Under the pieces are notes generated by a model, which was not told the DNA's origin, searched no databases, and saw nothing but the letters and a program-made list of their open reading frames with translations. DNA of 61,134 nt, filler included, from Globobulimina sp. (lineage: Eukaryota): assembly GCA_003354225.1 (NCBI GenBank). It is 21 parts of 21 records of this genome, joined end to end, with 100 filler letters (N's around TTAATTAATTAA, not from the genome) between each part and the next. Parts side by side here need not be neighbours in the genome. Positions count along the whole stretch, not along the records: positions 46,667 to 49,480 come from PIVH01004770.1; positions 49,581 to 52,394 come from PIVH01004771.1; positions 52,495 to 55,308 come from PIVH01004772.1; positions 55,409 to 58,221 come from PIVH01004773.1; positions 58,322 to 61,134 come from PIVH01004774.1; 16 more parts are not named here. One strand, given 5' to 3'. Position numbers and translations under genes: made by a program. Positions 48,570-61,134 of this stretch are shown here, piece after piece; the stretch's first letter is position 1; each line of letters opens with the position of its first letter.

Positions 48570-49437
48570 TAACAATAATAACATATCATCCTTGTCGGGG
48601 TCGTGCACTTTGATGGCATCGGGCAAGTCCTTGGAAACACCATTCTCGCCGCTTGGGTCATAGGGTAACATTATTTTAACTTTGATGCCAATCACACCCT
48701 GTCTTAAATGTACGTGTTTTACAGCTTTCTCAACATAATAATTTGTGGCATCACCCGCATGAATCATGTATCCATCGCGGAATTTCATGGCTTTTGCTCT
48801 CTGTCCTCGCAATTTGCCAGAAACCACCACCTCACAGCCCTTGGCTCCTTTGTCCATTATAAATTTCACCACAGAATAAGCGGCGCGACGAACCGATAAG
48901 CCCTGCAATAATCGGAATTTTACCGCCTGAGCCTGGGCCAACGCCGACAATCCTTTGTTGCGAATCTATTTTATTTTATTTTATTCATTTTTATTGTTAT
49001 TCTATTGTTATTTGCTGATATTATAAATTGAATGGAATATAATTTATAATAATACCTTTTCCGCGAATAAAATAATTTGTCCTTTTTGATATTTAAATCT
49101 TTTTTGAACCAAAGCGGTGATTTCCCGAACCCGCCGACCTTGGTCGCCGACCACTTGCCGCGGCCTCGTGGCCCGAATAATAACCTCCGTTCTCGTCGGA
49201 GTCACTCGAACTTCACATCCCGCATAACCGTCTTCTGCCAATTCGCGGGCTAAAAAATCATTTAACTCTGCATAAAATACACCATCTTTGACAAACTGTT
49301 AATTTATTCGTTAAACAAACTATGCATTTTTCCAACATTCACATGAAATGAAATTAAATTAAATTAAATACCTTTCTTTTTTTTGATATTGGTTTTGATT
49401 GAATTTTCTTTTGTTTCCTTGGTCGCTGTTCAGCCAT
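48339..49437 (-). CDS. RPS3: 40S ribosomal protein S3 (uS3); exons 49372-49437, 49056-49295, 48339-48965; polyQ tail
   Basis: [50 protein letters not shown]; all GT-AG junctions in frame. Confidence 0.97.
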
Positions 49438-49686
49438 TTCCTTTATTTGAGAATCCGTTTCTTATTTTGATTGCAAGTGANNNNNNNNNNNNNNNNNNNN
49501 NNNNNNNNNNNNNNNNNNNNNNNNTTAATTAATTAANNNNNNNNNNNNNNNNNNNNNNNNNNNNNNNNNNNNNNNNNNNNACATGATATATATATAGATT
49601 TTAGTGAGTAATTGTAAATAAAATAAGCAACCAAAACAAAAAATAGTAATACAAAATTTAAATAATATGTGAAATGTAAATAGCAT

Positions 49687-52023
49687 TCATTGCGGAATCT
49701 GTGTATAAAATCGCGGTCCTTTATAAATTAAAATACGGCCATTCCATTCTTCCTGTTCTACCTCAACAATATTTTCATTTTTTAGAATTAATGTTTGCAT
49801 AAAGCCCAAAGCAACATCTCTTTTACTGACCTTTCCGCCATTTTGCTGTGCATGAAATGATAACATTTGCTCCAAATTAACTTTGATATCATCTTCATCC
49901 ATTTCCTGTGTCTCTAATTTACGAATTTCAGCATCTAAAATCTCCTTAAAAAAGGCAGTTAATTTGGATAATTCAGGCGGAACACTCAACTCTTCCGAGG
50001 ATGTCTTTTCTTTTCCCATTATTCTCTTTTTTAATTTTAGCCCCCTCCTTCTCTCGCGGTCACTGTCCATATCAATGCCAAATGCACTCTCTTCGCTCAC
50101 TGTGACATCCACGAATTCATCCAATCGCCGTCTCTTTCGGACGGGCACTTTGATAAAAACAAAAACAAAAAGAATATAATAAACAATATAATGAATATAT
50201 AATAAATAAAGTTAACTGGCACTGATTTCGGGCGTGGAGGAGATGAGAATTTCATCCATCCGATATCCAGCAAACAAATCTTGGTCAACGGCTGAAATGG
50301 ATGAGGCAATCGATGGTGTCCCGGGAGGCCCAGCTCTCACTTCTTCGATGCTGGGCAATGAGACATCGATTATTTGCGGTTCGATGGCTTTTAATTCTTC
50401 GTCTTCTTGGCCTAAAATCAATGGTATTGCAGGTATTTGCGGTTCGCGATCGATTCTTTGTATTCGTCTTTGTTCAGTCGATGGCTCCAAAATCATTCTT
50501 GTAAATTCACGGAAACTTTCTGTCAACGCATTGTCCGCATAAATACCGCTCAAACTTCGCGTAAATAACTCTTCAAATTCACCCTCTGCCAATTTGCGAT
50601 CATCGATGTGACTCTTTTATAGATATTAAAAATATTTATATTCTTATTCTGATTGGTTGCAATTAATAATATTTATATTCTCAATTAACACTTAACAAAA
50701 TATGGCCGATCCACCATAAACTCATTCAAATCTTGCGTATTATTCAAATTTATTATTCTTTCATTGTCCGCCAATTCAATCACATCATCTCTATGAAAAC
50801 GGCCTTTTCTCTTTTTCTTTTTCTTTATTCTCCTTCTTCTCGTTGGCGTTGTGGCTATTCTTTGAGTCAGCTCTTCTTCTTCGAAGTCAATCCGTTGTCT
50901 CTCCGTTGGAACACTGATACTCATCGCAGAGGGCTGTGGTTGCGGTGGTTGTCGTGGTCGTAATGGCGGCGACGAAGTCTGTGCAGAATGGATAGAGGGA
51001 ATTGGCATAATTGGTGGCGGCGATGTTGGTGACATCGATGGTGTGGCTATGGTTGGAATAATCGGCTCGATGCTGGCGGTGATGTCTCTTAAATGGGGCA
51101 TTGGTAATGGTTCATTTTGCGGCATTTGAGTGTCAATCGAAGATCCCTTTGGTTCTGGCAATATTCCTTCGTCTCCCTCTTCAGCCATAATGGCAGCAAT
51201 TTGTGCTTCTGGTTCTTGTAACTCATCGTCATCGATTCCTAAATCTAATTCAAAATCAATTCCCAATTCATCCAAATCCAAAGCCAGACCCAAACCGCGT
51301 GGCACTTCCCGTCGATGCCTGGACATTGCCGCTGTGTCGCGTAATAAGTGCGGTTGCATTGTTATGGCTTCGTCCGGTGCTGAAATATTGAAATTTAATG
51401 AAAACAGATATTTTAAATATATATTTTATTGAACAGAATATACCGATTAAATCTTGTGCGATTTGAGTGGGGACATGGATTAAATCAAGAAATGTGGTCT
51501 AAATATATTATTATTTATTATTTATAATTGAAATAAATACGAATTCGGATAAAATAAAAATAAAAAGAAAACCAAACATCTCTTAAATCAATATCGCCGA
51601 TATCGTGAATAGGAATTCTTTGTGGAATTGTAATCTGTTCCATGTTTGCGCAAATTTGGGCATTTGAAAGATTAATATTTGCATTTCTCGTTTTAACTCT
51701 TTTAATAAATCGAATTAATTTCGCATAAGATTCATTCGCCGATTTTAAGACAAATCCAGTTTGAAATTCATGTATTTTGACAATACCAAATGTCAATTTG
51801 CCAGAGGTTGAGATTGCTAATGGAATTGGTGGGGATTCCACCTGTTTGCATAACGAACAAATGTCACTCTCTAAGATTTGTTTTCGCGACAACTTTTTCC
51901 ATAAAGTGCCGGCTAACCAGATCTTTCCCAATGCTTTTAATTCAATATTTATTTATTTTTATTTTATTTATAGATTAATTATTTACCTCCTTTTTTGATG
52001 AATAATTCGGTCGCATAATACAT
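49687..52023 (-). CDS. Cohesin kleisin, Rad21/Rec8 family (multi-exon)
   Basis: N-domain MYYATELFIKKG..LGKIWLAG..PLAISTSGKLTFGIVKIH; C-terminal winged helix VALGFMQTLILKN..VEQEEWNGRI. Confidence 0.9.
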
Positions 52024-52125
52024 TTAAAGATGAGATTGCTAAATGAATATGTGAAGTAACGGAGTGATGATGAACAAGTTTAAGTAGATAATAAAACTCA
52101 AAACTCAAAACATTTATTTTATAGA

Positions 52126-52394
52126 ATGTTTGCTCGTTTGTTTGGAACCAAAAGTACCAATAATTGCATTCGAAACAGCAAAACTATACAAGGGATCGGT
52201 AATTCCCATATTAATATTAATCAGTTTTTATGGACAAAGTTCTTGATTGATATTGATTTAAACCTATCACAATTCCACGATTATCCACACATTATCTTGA
52301 TATCCTCACCATATTCAATCAAAGCTGTCTCAGAATCATTGGGTGATGCCTTGAATAAATTGAATTTAATCTATATTTCGCCGTTAGTCATTGA
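52126..52394 (+). CDS. Hypothetical protein, 5' fragment
   Basis: ATG ORF running into the contig end, divergent from the kleisin gene. Confidence 0.35.
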
Positions 52395-52673
52395 NNNNNN
52401 NNNNNNNNNNNNNNNNNNNNNNNNNNNNNNNNNNNNNNTTAATTAATTAANNNNNNNNNNNNNNNNNNNNNNNNNNNNNNNNNNNNNNNNNNNNTTATTT
52501 ATAACTAAATCTAATCCTTTTCGTTATCTTATTTTATTATATCATCATATAATATTTTATTCTAAATTTAACACTCAAATTCTCATTCGCCTATAAACCT
52601 ATTCTATATTCCAAAACTGTTCAAATCAAAGCACCCCTTTCCCAGCTCACATATTTCGTATTTAAATCCCGAA

Positions 52674-55252
52674 ATGACATCAAATAATAACAACAATCCA
52701 AACCTAAATCAAACAAATAACCTGATCATGAATGGAAACAAGATGCATATGATCATGAACGGCAAATTTAATAACAACAACAATATCCCTCCGCAGATCC
52801 AACAATTGGCGCTGCAGCAAATGCAAAACATGAACCCGAACCTCAAACAGTACCAAAATTACCAGCAACAAATGCCCGACGACCGCGACCGCGAACCCTC
52901 CGACTTAGACAACACCAATTTGTACATCAAAGGCCTATGGAAGGATTGCACGCAGGTCGAGTTGGACGACATTTTCAAGCAATTCGGCGTCATCTCGCAA
53001 TCGCGGGTCTACGGCGATGGCGTTGGATTCGTGCGCTTTGAGCAAGGCTTCGAAGCCAAAGCTGTTAAGTTACCGCTCCCTAAAAAATACGCAATTTCGC
53101 ACATACAAATATATATAAATACGCCAAATCACACAACAAAGGCCATCGAGAAAATGGACAAAGCGAAATTAGATCGATGTCAGGACGAGTTATTAGTAAA
53201 ATATGCGTTTAAAAAACACCGAAACAGCAAGCGCTATATCCGCGAGGTGGAGATGATAATGAATAAGAACACGCACAATGTGTATTTGCGTTGTTTGCCG
53301 CGCGGCTTCGACGAGCAACAATTGACGGCTCTGTGTGACCCGTACGGCGAGTTAACGTGTACTCGATTGCGAGAGTCGGGTGTGGCGTTTGTGCGTTTTC
53401 GCAAAGCGCAGGACGCTCAGAACGCCATTCGCGCGTTGAATGGAAAGCGCTTCGACGACCACGAGGAGCGGTTATTGGCCAAATTGGCAAACTCTGACCC
53501 GTTTCAACCGAAGATTGGGTTCAAAGCGGACGAGGAAGAGGATGGAGCGGATGGGATATCGGTGGCGGAGTCGACCAATACGTTGACGCCGTCGCAGCCG
53601 CCGAGTGATATCGTGCATAATCAGCAGGTACAGACGAATGGCAATAATGTGCAGAATATGCCGCAGACCGTGAACAACGCGGCGGTTCCATTGCATACAC
53701 AGTCACAGGTCCATCCGGCACGTAATGTATACGGCGTACATTCGCAATATCCGCACCATCAACATCAAGCCCAGTATGTGCCACGCGGCCATGTACCGCC
53801 TCATTATCAATACGTACCACAGCAACAGCAACAGCCACAGTTACAGTTACAGCCGCAACCACCGCCACAACAGCAGCAGCATTATTATCCCGCACCGCAA
53901 CAATATCAACCACCGCCACCGCAGCAATATTATCAGCGTAATGGACATGTTGCAGTACAGCAGCAACCTCAGCAACAGCAGCAGCAACCGGGACAGTTAC
54001 AGGTGCAGCCGCAAGTATATCCGCATAATTATGAGAATAATTATAATGGACAGCCACAGAGTAATGCAGTGATTACAGTGCCACCGCCACAACAGCAACC
54101 TGTGCAAAATAACATAGTTCCACAGCAATACGTACAGCCAAATCCGGCATATTATCCCACGCCGCAACAATATCCACCGCCACAGCAATATTACGGTGCC
54201 TATCCACAGCAATACATACAAGGGATACCAGTGGCGAATCCAAATATAAATATAAACCCAAATGCACCGCAACAACAACAACAACCACCTCAACCCCAAC
54301 AGCAACAGCAACAGCAACCGCCCATTGTCACTCCCAAACCATTGCAAATCATCCCGCCCAAACCAGCGCAACAGCAACAGGGACAAATCCAGTTATTGTC
54401 GCCTATGAGTATGACGGTGACCACTCCCAAAGTGTCCACCCAGCAACAACAGACCTTACGCCATGCCCCGGTCTATATACCCTCGCAAAACATGAACAAG
54501 ACGCCGCAAATCGTCAAAAACAACCTGAAACCCATCAATATGACCCTAAACCAACAACAGATCCACAAACTAAAGCAACCGCAGCAGCCACAGCCGCCCG
54601 CTGTCTTCATCCCGCAAGCATTTTACCCCAATATCACGTCGCCCAATGCCAGCGAGCTCTCATTCCGCTGCAACACCCACGGCTCGGAAGTGTCGTCCAT
54701 AGCGCACGCCGTATCAGACATCATCGCCAATTCCGGCATCTCCGGCCTGGCACCAAAAGTCGCCGCCAGCGCACCTGAAAAAGCCACCGGCATATTATCG
54801 CCAAATGTGAACAAGAATATGTATACCAATGTGCCAATGGGACGCATCTCGCCGGGCTGGCACAATGCTAATGGCCCCAACCCCAATGGTCCAATGCAAA
54901 TTATAATGTTCCAGTTCCGCAGCCATTGCCTCCGGCTGTGGTGGATAAGGTGGATGGCATTGACAAAGGGGTCAAGAGTCTGAGTATTATTGAGGATAAG
55001 GAGCAGCAGCGCGAGGTGGCGGAGGTGGTGCGGGACTCTTCCAATCCGCACGGAGTGCCTAAAGTGTATGCGAATCAGTTGCATGAAGTGATCGTAGGTT
55101 GGTATGGAGAACAAGCGGGGAAATTGACGGGAATGTTTCTGCAGAATCACGACACGGAGAAAGTGGTCAAGTATTTGAATCGGACGGATAAATTGAAAAA
55201 AAAAATTGATACGTTTGCGAAATTGTTATCCAATCAAACATTGACGAAATAA
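52674..55252 (+). CDS. RNA-binding protein: two RRMs, Gln/Pro-rich region, C-terminal MLLE/PABC-like domain (intron 53064-53141; apparent frameshift near 54891)
   Basis: TNLYIKGL/VGFVRF and NVYLRCLP/VAFVRF RRMs; QLHEVI..YGEQAGKLTGMFLQ..LKKKI MLLE-like motif. Confidence 0.85.
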
Positions 55253-55868
55253 GTTTGTTATTTTGTTGATTTTTTTCGTTTGTTTTTTTTTTTGGTGTTA
55301 TTGTGGTANNNNNNNNNNNNNNNNNNNNNNNNNNNNNNNNNNNNNNNNNNNNTTAATTAATTAANNNNNNNNNNNNNNNNNNNNNNNNNNNNNNNNNNNN
55401 NNNNNNNNCGTCTGGGGGTGCGTAAGGGCGTGCTCTAGGGCCGTATTTATATTTAGACGACTTAAGTTCGGAGTACTTTTAAAAATCTGTAAAACTAAAA
55501 CGTAATCCTTTCGAACCAATCTACAGGAAAGTACACGATCATGTCCTGAAATTGACGCTAGTGTGGTATAAAAACAAAGTTAAGAAGAAACTAATTTTCT
55601 GATTACAGCCGTTATATTTCGAAATTAGGTATATTTATAATAAATAAAATAAATAAACAAGATACTTATAGATGTTAATATGCATATTAATTGTTATTGT
55701 GAACTATGTAAATAATATAATAATTTATAATTAGCAATTTAAAATATTGTAACTGAATCTTTTGTTGGTAAATCAAATATATTCAAAAGATTATTATAAT
55801 AGAAATCCACGTCCATTGATTATGAGTATATATTATGATTACGGTTTGAATTCGTTGATTTCATATAT

Positions 55869-58221
55869 ATGGCATTTTTCAGCGCAACAAAATTAAAAAA
55901 ATTATTTAATCTTAAAAATGATAATAAATGGCATGACGAACTAGAAATAAACGAAAAAGAAAATCTTAAATCAAATGCAGATACCAATACATCTGTTAAT
56001 TCCGTTTCAGAGTCATATGCATCGTCAGAATACACAACAGACACACAATCCACAAATAAACTTGATTCAGACACAGAATTGAATGAATCAGAAAGTTGAG
56101 TGTACCAAACCTATCTTTCTTCTTTTACAGTATTAATTTGTGCAAATAAACATATTTAAATTCAGTTGAGCTACACAGAGTTGGTGATGTCCAACATAGA
56201 GAACAAGCGGATCCAATACAGGAAAATATTCAAGAGTTGCAATATTCGGACAGTTCAACAGATACTGTAGAATTGCAGGATATTCCTCAGTTTGATGGTC
56301 ACAGACCATTAACAAAAAGAGAAGAAGCAATTATTGACGAGAAAAAAAAAGAATTAGCAAAACAAAAACAGTACACAAATATTTTCAAACTGTCATACAA
56401 GAACTTTTCATTCTTATTATGTTATCTATTAATTAGTGTGACAGGTTTTTGTTATCCATTCAATGTATTTGAAAAGTTGATGCAATCCGAATTAGGAATA
56501 ATTCCATCAAATATCTCATTTATTCTATCATGTGGGACTGGTTGTTTTTTTATGTTTGGTGGTTTTTATGGCATATTCTATGATCGTTATGGTTGTTCCT
56601 GGGGTTTATATATTGGAGCAATCTTATCATTCATTGGAAATTTAACTTTATCCGCCTCATTTCAACATATTATAACACCGAATTTTGTGCAACTATCACT
56701 TCAATCTGCCACTGTATCAGCTGGATATGGCATGATTTACATGACCTGTTTGTTGGTGATATTGAGGTCGACTGCCAATAGACACAGAGGGAAAGTAAAT
56801 GGATTTACTCAGTCATTGTGGATTTTGGGTGCTTGGACAACACCGACATTAAATGGTGCAATATTCAAAGCTGTGGCACAGCAAAATTATATTGCTGAGA
56901 AAGATGCATTGAATGAAGGGAAAATGGTGTTATTCAGAGGTATTTGGACCACATTGTTATTTGTAATCGGATCATTTTTAATTAATGAACAGCAATCCAA
57001 ATGGTACATGCATAGAGACTGGAAATATGCACCTTATTTTAAGGCAAAATACAATAAACATTTTACTATGAAACAATTTTGTGATATACAATTTCTTTGT
57101 TTTGTGGCGATGGGTAGTTTTATGTTATGCGCGTGTTATTTGTATCCATCACAAATAACTTTAATTTTGGATTCATTCAATGAGAGAAGTTATTCATCCA
57201 CATATAAAGAAACAATTAGTTATTTAGCATCGGCAGCAAGTCTTATCACTGGCGTTGCTGTTGATTTATTGAAGTGGTATGTTTACACTTTGTTTTTTTA
57301 TATAACAAAATAAATTCAATAATTAATATATTATATAGGCATCAAAGACCAGCAATGTTTATGTTTCTATCCATTTCTCTCAGTCTAATTGCAAACAGTA
57401 TGATTATTTTCAATATGTACAGTTAAGTGTTTCCATTTTGTATGTTATCTCACTGTTACGTGACTTTACGTTTTTAATTGTGTCTATGTTTAAAAATAGA
57501 TATGCTTTTAGTTGCGGCGAGCATCAATGCAATGGCAATGGGTATATTTTGGGCATGTTATCCAACGATGATGGCGGATATTTATGGATTAAACAATCTA
57601 GGAACAAATCTTGGAGTTTGTTTTGTTTTTGGTGGATTAATCTGCGGATTTTTACAAACTGCATCTGGTGAATGGTATGCTCTGACTATTGACGATAATG
57701 ATATACGTTGTTATGGTGCGGCATGTTTCCGTAAAGTTTATGCAATAAATCAATCATTAATTTGCCTTTCATTTGTTTTATTAATTTGTTTAAAAAGACG
57801 TGTGAAACAAAAGAAATGCTTTGCAGAGAAAGATTTTATTGAATCCAGAATGATGAACAAAGATGTTTTTGGTGATCAAATAGATGATCAAATAGATGAA
57901 GATATATGGCATGACAATGAGATAATATATGCAGATGATTATGGTAAGAAAATTTATTCCGGATTATTAAAAGACGATGGAGCATTGTCATCAATTCATT
58001 CAAGTATGAGGTCAACTGCAGAATGGACGCATGGCAGTGAACAAATACTGTTTAGTGATGATATTACAGCCACAATATTCAAACAACAATCTTGTGATAA
58101 TTCAAACCCAAAAGACAATGAATCTGATACTAAATCGTCAAAGCCAAATGAATCTGATACTAAATCTGGACTTGAATCTTCAAATGACAGTGACGTGAAT
58201 AGTATGAGCTCAGATTATGAG
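55869..58221 (+). CDS. MFS transporter, Nodulin-like/Mch1 type (multi-exon)
   Basis: GIFYDRYG, HRGKVNG, ADIYGLNNLGTN, CYGAACFRK motifs; intron 56095-56165 joins the first exon in frame. Confidence 0.85.
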
Positions 58222-58321
58222 NNNNNNNNNNNNNNNNNNNNNNNNNNNNNNNNNNNNNNNNNNNNTTAATTAATTAANNNNNNNNNNNNNNNNNNNNNNN
58301 NNNNNNNNNNNNNNNNNNNNN

Positions 58322-58772
58322 TGTTCAAGAGTCATTGCGTTTGATGCCCATCATTCCCGCTGGACTTCCAAAACAAGTTCGAAAAAAAGGCGGAGTGAAA
58401 ATTGCAATCAATGATAATGAGTATATAATACCCGATGGCTGTGTTGTGTTTGCAAATATTATTGGGATGCAAAGGAATCCGAAAGTTTGGCAAAATCCAA
58501 ATGAATTTAATATAAATAGATGGCTGAGTGGTGGTGGTGATGGCAAATATGTCACCAAACATAATCCATATATAATGAATTTCAGTTATGGCCGACGTAA
58601 CTGTCCCGGAGAGACATTAGCATTGAAATCCTTATATTTGATGATTGCAATGTTATTTTTCAAATATAAATTCTATTATGATGAACCAGGTAAAGTAGAG
58701 ATAAAGCTAAAATCAACAGTTTTATTACATGTCGATCCGGCAATTTGCTGTAAAGTTAAAAGAAGGGAATGA
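58322..58772 (+). CDS. Cytochrome P450, C-terminal fragment
   Basis: ESLR (ExxR), PNEFNINRW, heme motif FSYGRRNCPG. Confidence 0.95.
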
Positions 58773-58908
58773 ATAAATATGCATCAATGACTTCCATGTC
58801 TTGTAATTTTGAGTTGAGCATACCATTAACTATTCAGTGTTGCTGATGGTAACCGGGCCTCTTGTATCCAGTCATAACTGTTCGGACTTCGGACCCAACT
58901 TTCTAAGA

Positions 58909-59901
58909 ATGTTCACAACAGCTTCATACATTCAAATGCCGTTAGACTTCACTCATTTGAATCACACATTTGATATAAAAGATAAAAACGACAGAGAATT
59001 AGCTTGTCAATACTTGTTATCACTGTTATACAGTAAAGCAATTCCAGCAAATATTAGTATTACTTATCCTGATTCTGTTTCAACACGAACTCGAGCTACC
59101 ATTTTTTATCACATTTTCAGTATCGAATTCCTGAATAATGAGAATAAATTGCAATCATCATTGTTAGCACTGATTGGAAGATTCAATAAGCTCAGAAATG
59201 ATAAAAAACGTTATCAATTACTTGAGAATTTAGCGTGGTTGGTTTATATATTGACTTTCAATCAATTAATGGTTAAATCTATATTTAATTCAGAATCGGA
59301 ATTACCAAAATTATTAATTACCGCATTACTAACTGGATTACGTACAAATATCTCCACTTTCTATAAAACAATAAGATTGAATGGAGTCATTGGAGTGCAA
59401 TGGTCTGTTTGTTCTAAACAATTATCAACGATAATAAAATATTTCAAATCAATACATTTTACATTTCTTTTTGACAATGGATTATGTGAACTAGTTTCTC
59501 ATCTTTATATTATTGGAAGCAGTCATATATACAGAGAAACACGATTAAAATTAATGACATATTCAATTATGTTGTATCGTGTATGTATATATTATGCAGA
59601 AATATGTGATCACAAAAATAATACGCGATTTAGTATGCGTTTTAAAGCGATGAAGGAAAAATTAGAAAATGAAGTCCAATTTGCCATCGATTACACGCCC
59701 ATCAAGCCCTTGATTCCAGCAACGTTTGTTCAATGCGGTCAATCTCGATGTGAATGGTTTTTATGCTATAAACCAAAAAAAGAATTCAAAAGGAAAAATA
59801 AATGCAGTGGGTGCAGATTAGTGCAATATTGCTCTAGAAATCATCAGAAAAAACACTGGAAATATGTTCATTCTCAACAATGTTCAAAACTTTACTGTTA
59901 A
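58909..59901 (+). CDS. MYND zinc-finger protein
   Basis: CEWFLC..KCSGCRLVQYCSRNHQKKHWKYVHSQQC. Confidence 0.88.
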   Translation: MFTTASYIQMPLDFTHLNHTFDIKDKNDRELACQYLLSLLYSKAIPANISITYPDSVSTRTRATIFYHIFSIEFLNNENKLQSSLLALIGRFNKLRNDKKRYQLLENLAWLVYILTFNQLMVKSIFNSESELPKLLITALLTGLRTNISTFYKTIRLNGVIGVQWSVCSKQLSTIIKYFKSIHFTFLFDNGLCELVSHLYIIGSSHIYRETRLKLMTYSIMLYRVCIYYAEICDHKNNTRFSMRFKAMKEKLENEVQFAIDYTPIKPLIPATFVQCGQSRCEWFLCYKPKKEFKRKNKCSGCRLVQYCSRNHQKKHWKYVHSQQCSKLYC

Positions 59902-60091
59902 ACACATGGATTTATTTTTGCCGATGAACATTAAGAGCATCAGGTCCTTTCGTCATAAGTCTTCTATTTTTCTAGCTATCGCACTTTAGCTATATAGCTC
60001 GAAGCCGGATTATGATGATCCTGGCTGAATGTTTTTATACTACTACTACGACTCGAAAAGCTGAGTTTGCATAAAAAATCGTGTCACGTAC

Positions 60092-61084
60092 ATGGGTCAA
60101 AGTTGTAACGGATGCTGTGTGGAATCCACAACACATGAAATGAAAGCACTGAATGAGAAAGAACAATTCTTAAAGCATGTAATATCAACACGCAAAGCTG
60201 ATGATGAAACAGAGAAATTACTCACGTCCACTAAATTACTTTGGTCATATTCTGCACCAATTAAAGACATTGATATAACAATATTTCCAAAACCAAGTTT
60301 AAGACAAATATCACTGTAATTAGGAAAAGTAACACCATCACCAAAAAAGAAGGGCATTACAACTGATAGTATGGAACAAAGTAAATCTGTGTCTATGGAG
60401 ATAGCAAACAATAATTTATCAAACTTTCATCCTAAAGATAAGTTATTAGTTTTTGCATACATCCAATCAGAAGTTGCTAATATAGAATTTAAAATATATT
60501 ATTTAATTTTATTATATTATCAAATTCCACAAGAAAATGAAGAAACACATATTAATTTTAGTTCAATTTCAACTCAAATCCAAACATTATATGACGGAAA
60601 TGCCAAACAAAAATCTTTATTATTATGCAATGAGAAAATAACATTAAAAACACACACAACATTTAGTTATCTGAGATATTTGGAGAAACGTTTAAAAACA
60701 AAAACAGTGCGCCAATTATTCTCTAAATTTCCGAATTGTAATACATTAACACCATCACAGTTTGTATCATTATTAACATTGACGGTTATTCTGTACCGAG
60801 TAAAATTGCATCAATTAACCACTGGGATAAACGGTGAGAAACCAGATTTAAATGTGGATGAAATCTCAAAATCTGTACAATATTTAGCTGTTTGGTGCAT
60901 ACGAATGTATGGTAATAATGGATTTCATCGTCGTTTTGTATGTTTTCGAGATAAACTAAATGGACAACAAGTGAATGGAGAATATTATGTTTATACATTT
61001 GCAATGACACAAGTTGTGTTTGCTAATATTTATAAATGGGTCAAACGATTTAAAGAATGTAATGGTAAATATGTGTTTGAGTGA
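60092..61084 (+). CDS. Hypothetical lipidated protein interrupted by one in-frame TAA (60317-60319)
   Basis: MGQSCNGCC start; ORFs 60092-60319 and 60371-61084 are in the same frame with only one stop between them. Confidence 0.5.
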
Positions 61085-61134
61085 ATTAATACTGTAGTTG
61101 TTTTTTTCAGAGTTTTCAAATGTTGGTTTGTCAT

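Noticed and set aside
48368-48613. Poly-Val ORF (also similar ORFs at 10298, 53521, 53997, 54073)
   Set aside because: Antisense translations of polyQ/polyP tracts
60317-60319. Stop-codon reassignment (TAA read as Gln)
   Set aside because: Conserved genes such as folC and the Tm-1-like gene end at TAA and have no internal stops
1-61134. Ubiquitin-system gene cluster (RBR, OTU, Ub fusion, UBLCP1) or an operon-like defence island
   Set aside because: These genes lie on separate contigs ordered by length; the adjacency is artificial

Overview
This window is not one locus. It is an artificial concatenation of 21 unrelated contigs of about 2.81-2.82 kb, ordered by decreasing length and joined by 100-nt linkers (N44-TTAATTAATTAA-N44), so gene neighbourhood is only meaningful within a contig. 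The content is eukaryotic: AT-rich, gene-dense, standard genetic code, with short spliceosomal introns that often start GTT. This is consistent with a protist, possibly a foraminiferan or other rhizarian (inference). Contig 2 (OTU gene plus hAT-like MITE) may come from a different organism. Recognisable genes include an RBR E3 ligase, AzgA purine permease, FKBP15-like protein, FolC, UBLCP1, alkaline ceramidase, amino-acid transporter, Tm-1-like protein, ICMT-like protein, ATAD2-like ATPase, Unkempt-like CCCH protein, GSK3-like pseudokinase, BLTP2/FMP27-like protein, RPS3, Rad21/Rec8, an RRM-MLLE protein, MFS transporters, a P450 and a MYND protein. The standout is a circularly permuted Ras GTPase domain (G3-G4-G5-G1-G2) fused to a multi-pass membrane region, an architecture different from the described cpRAS proteins. 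Also notable are a spliced FN3-ubiquitin fusion flanked by direct repeats, a Tm-1-like fusion protein and an RPS3 with a polyQ tail.
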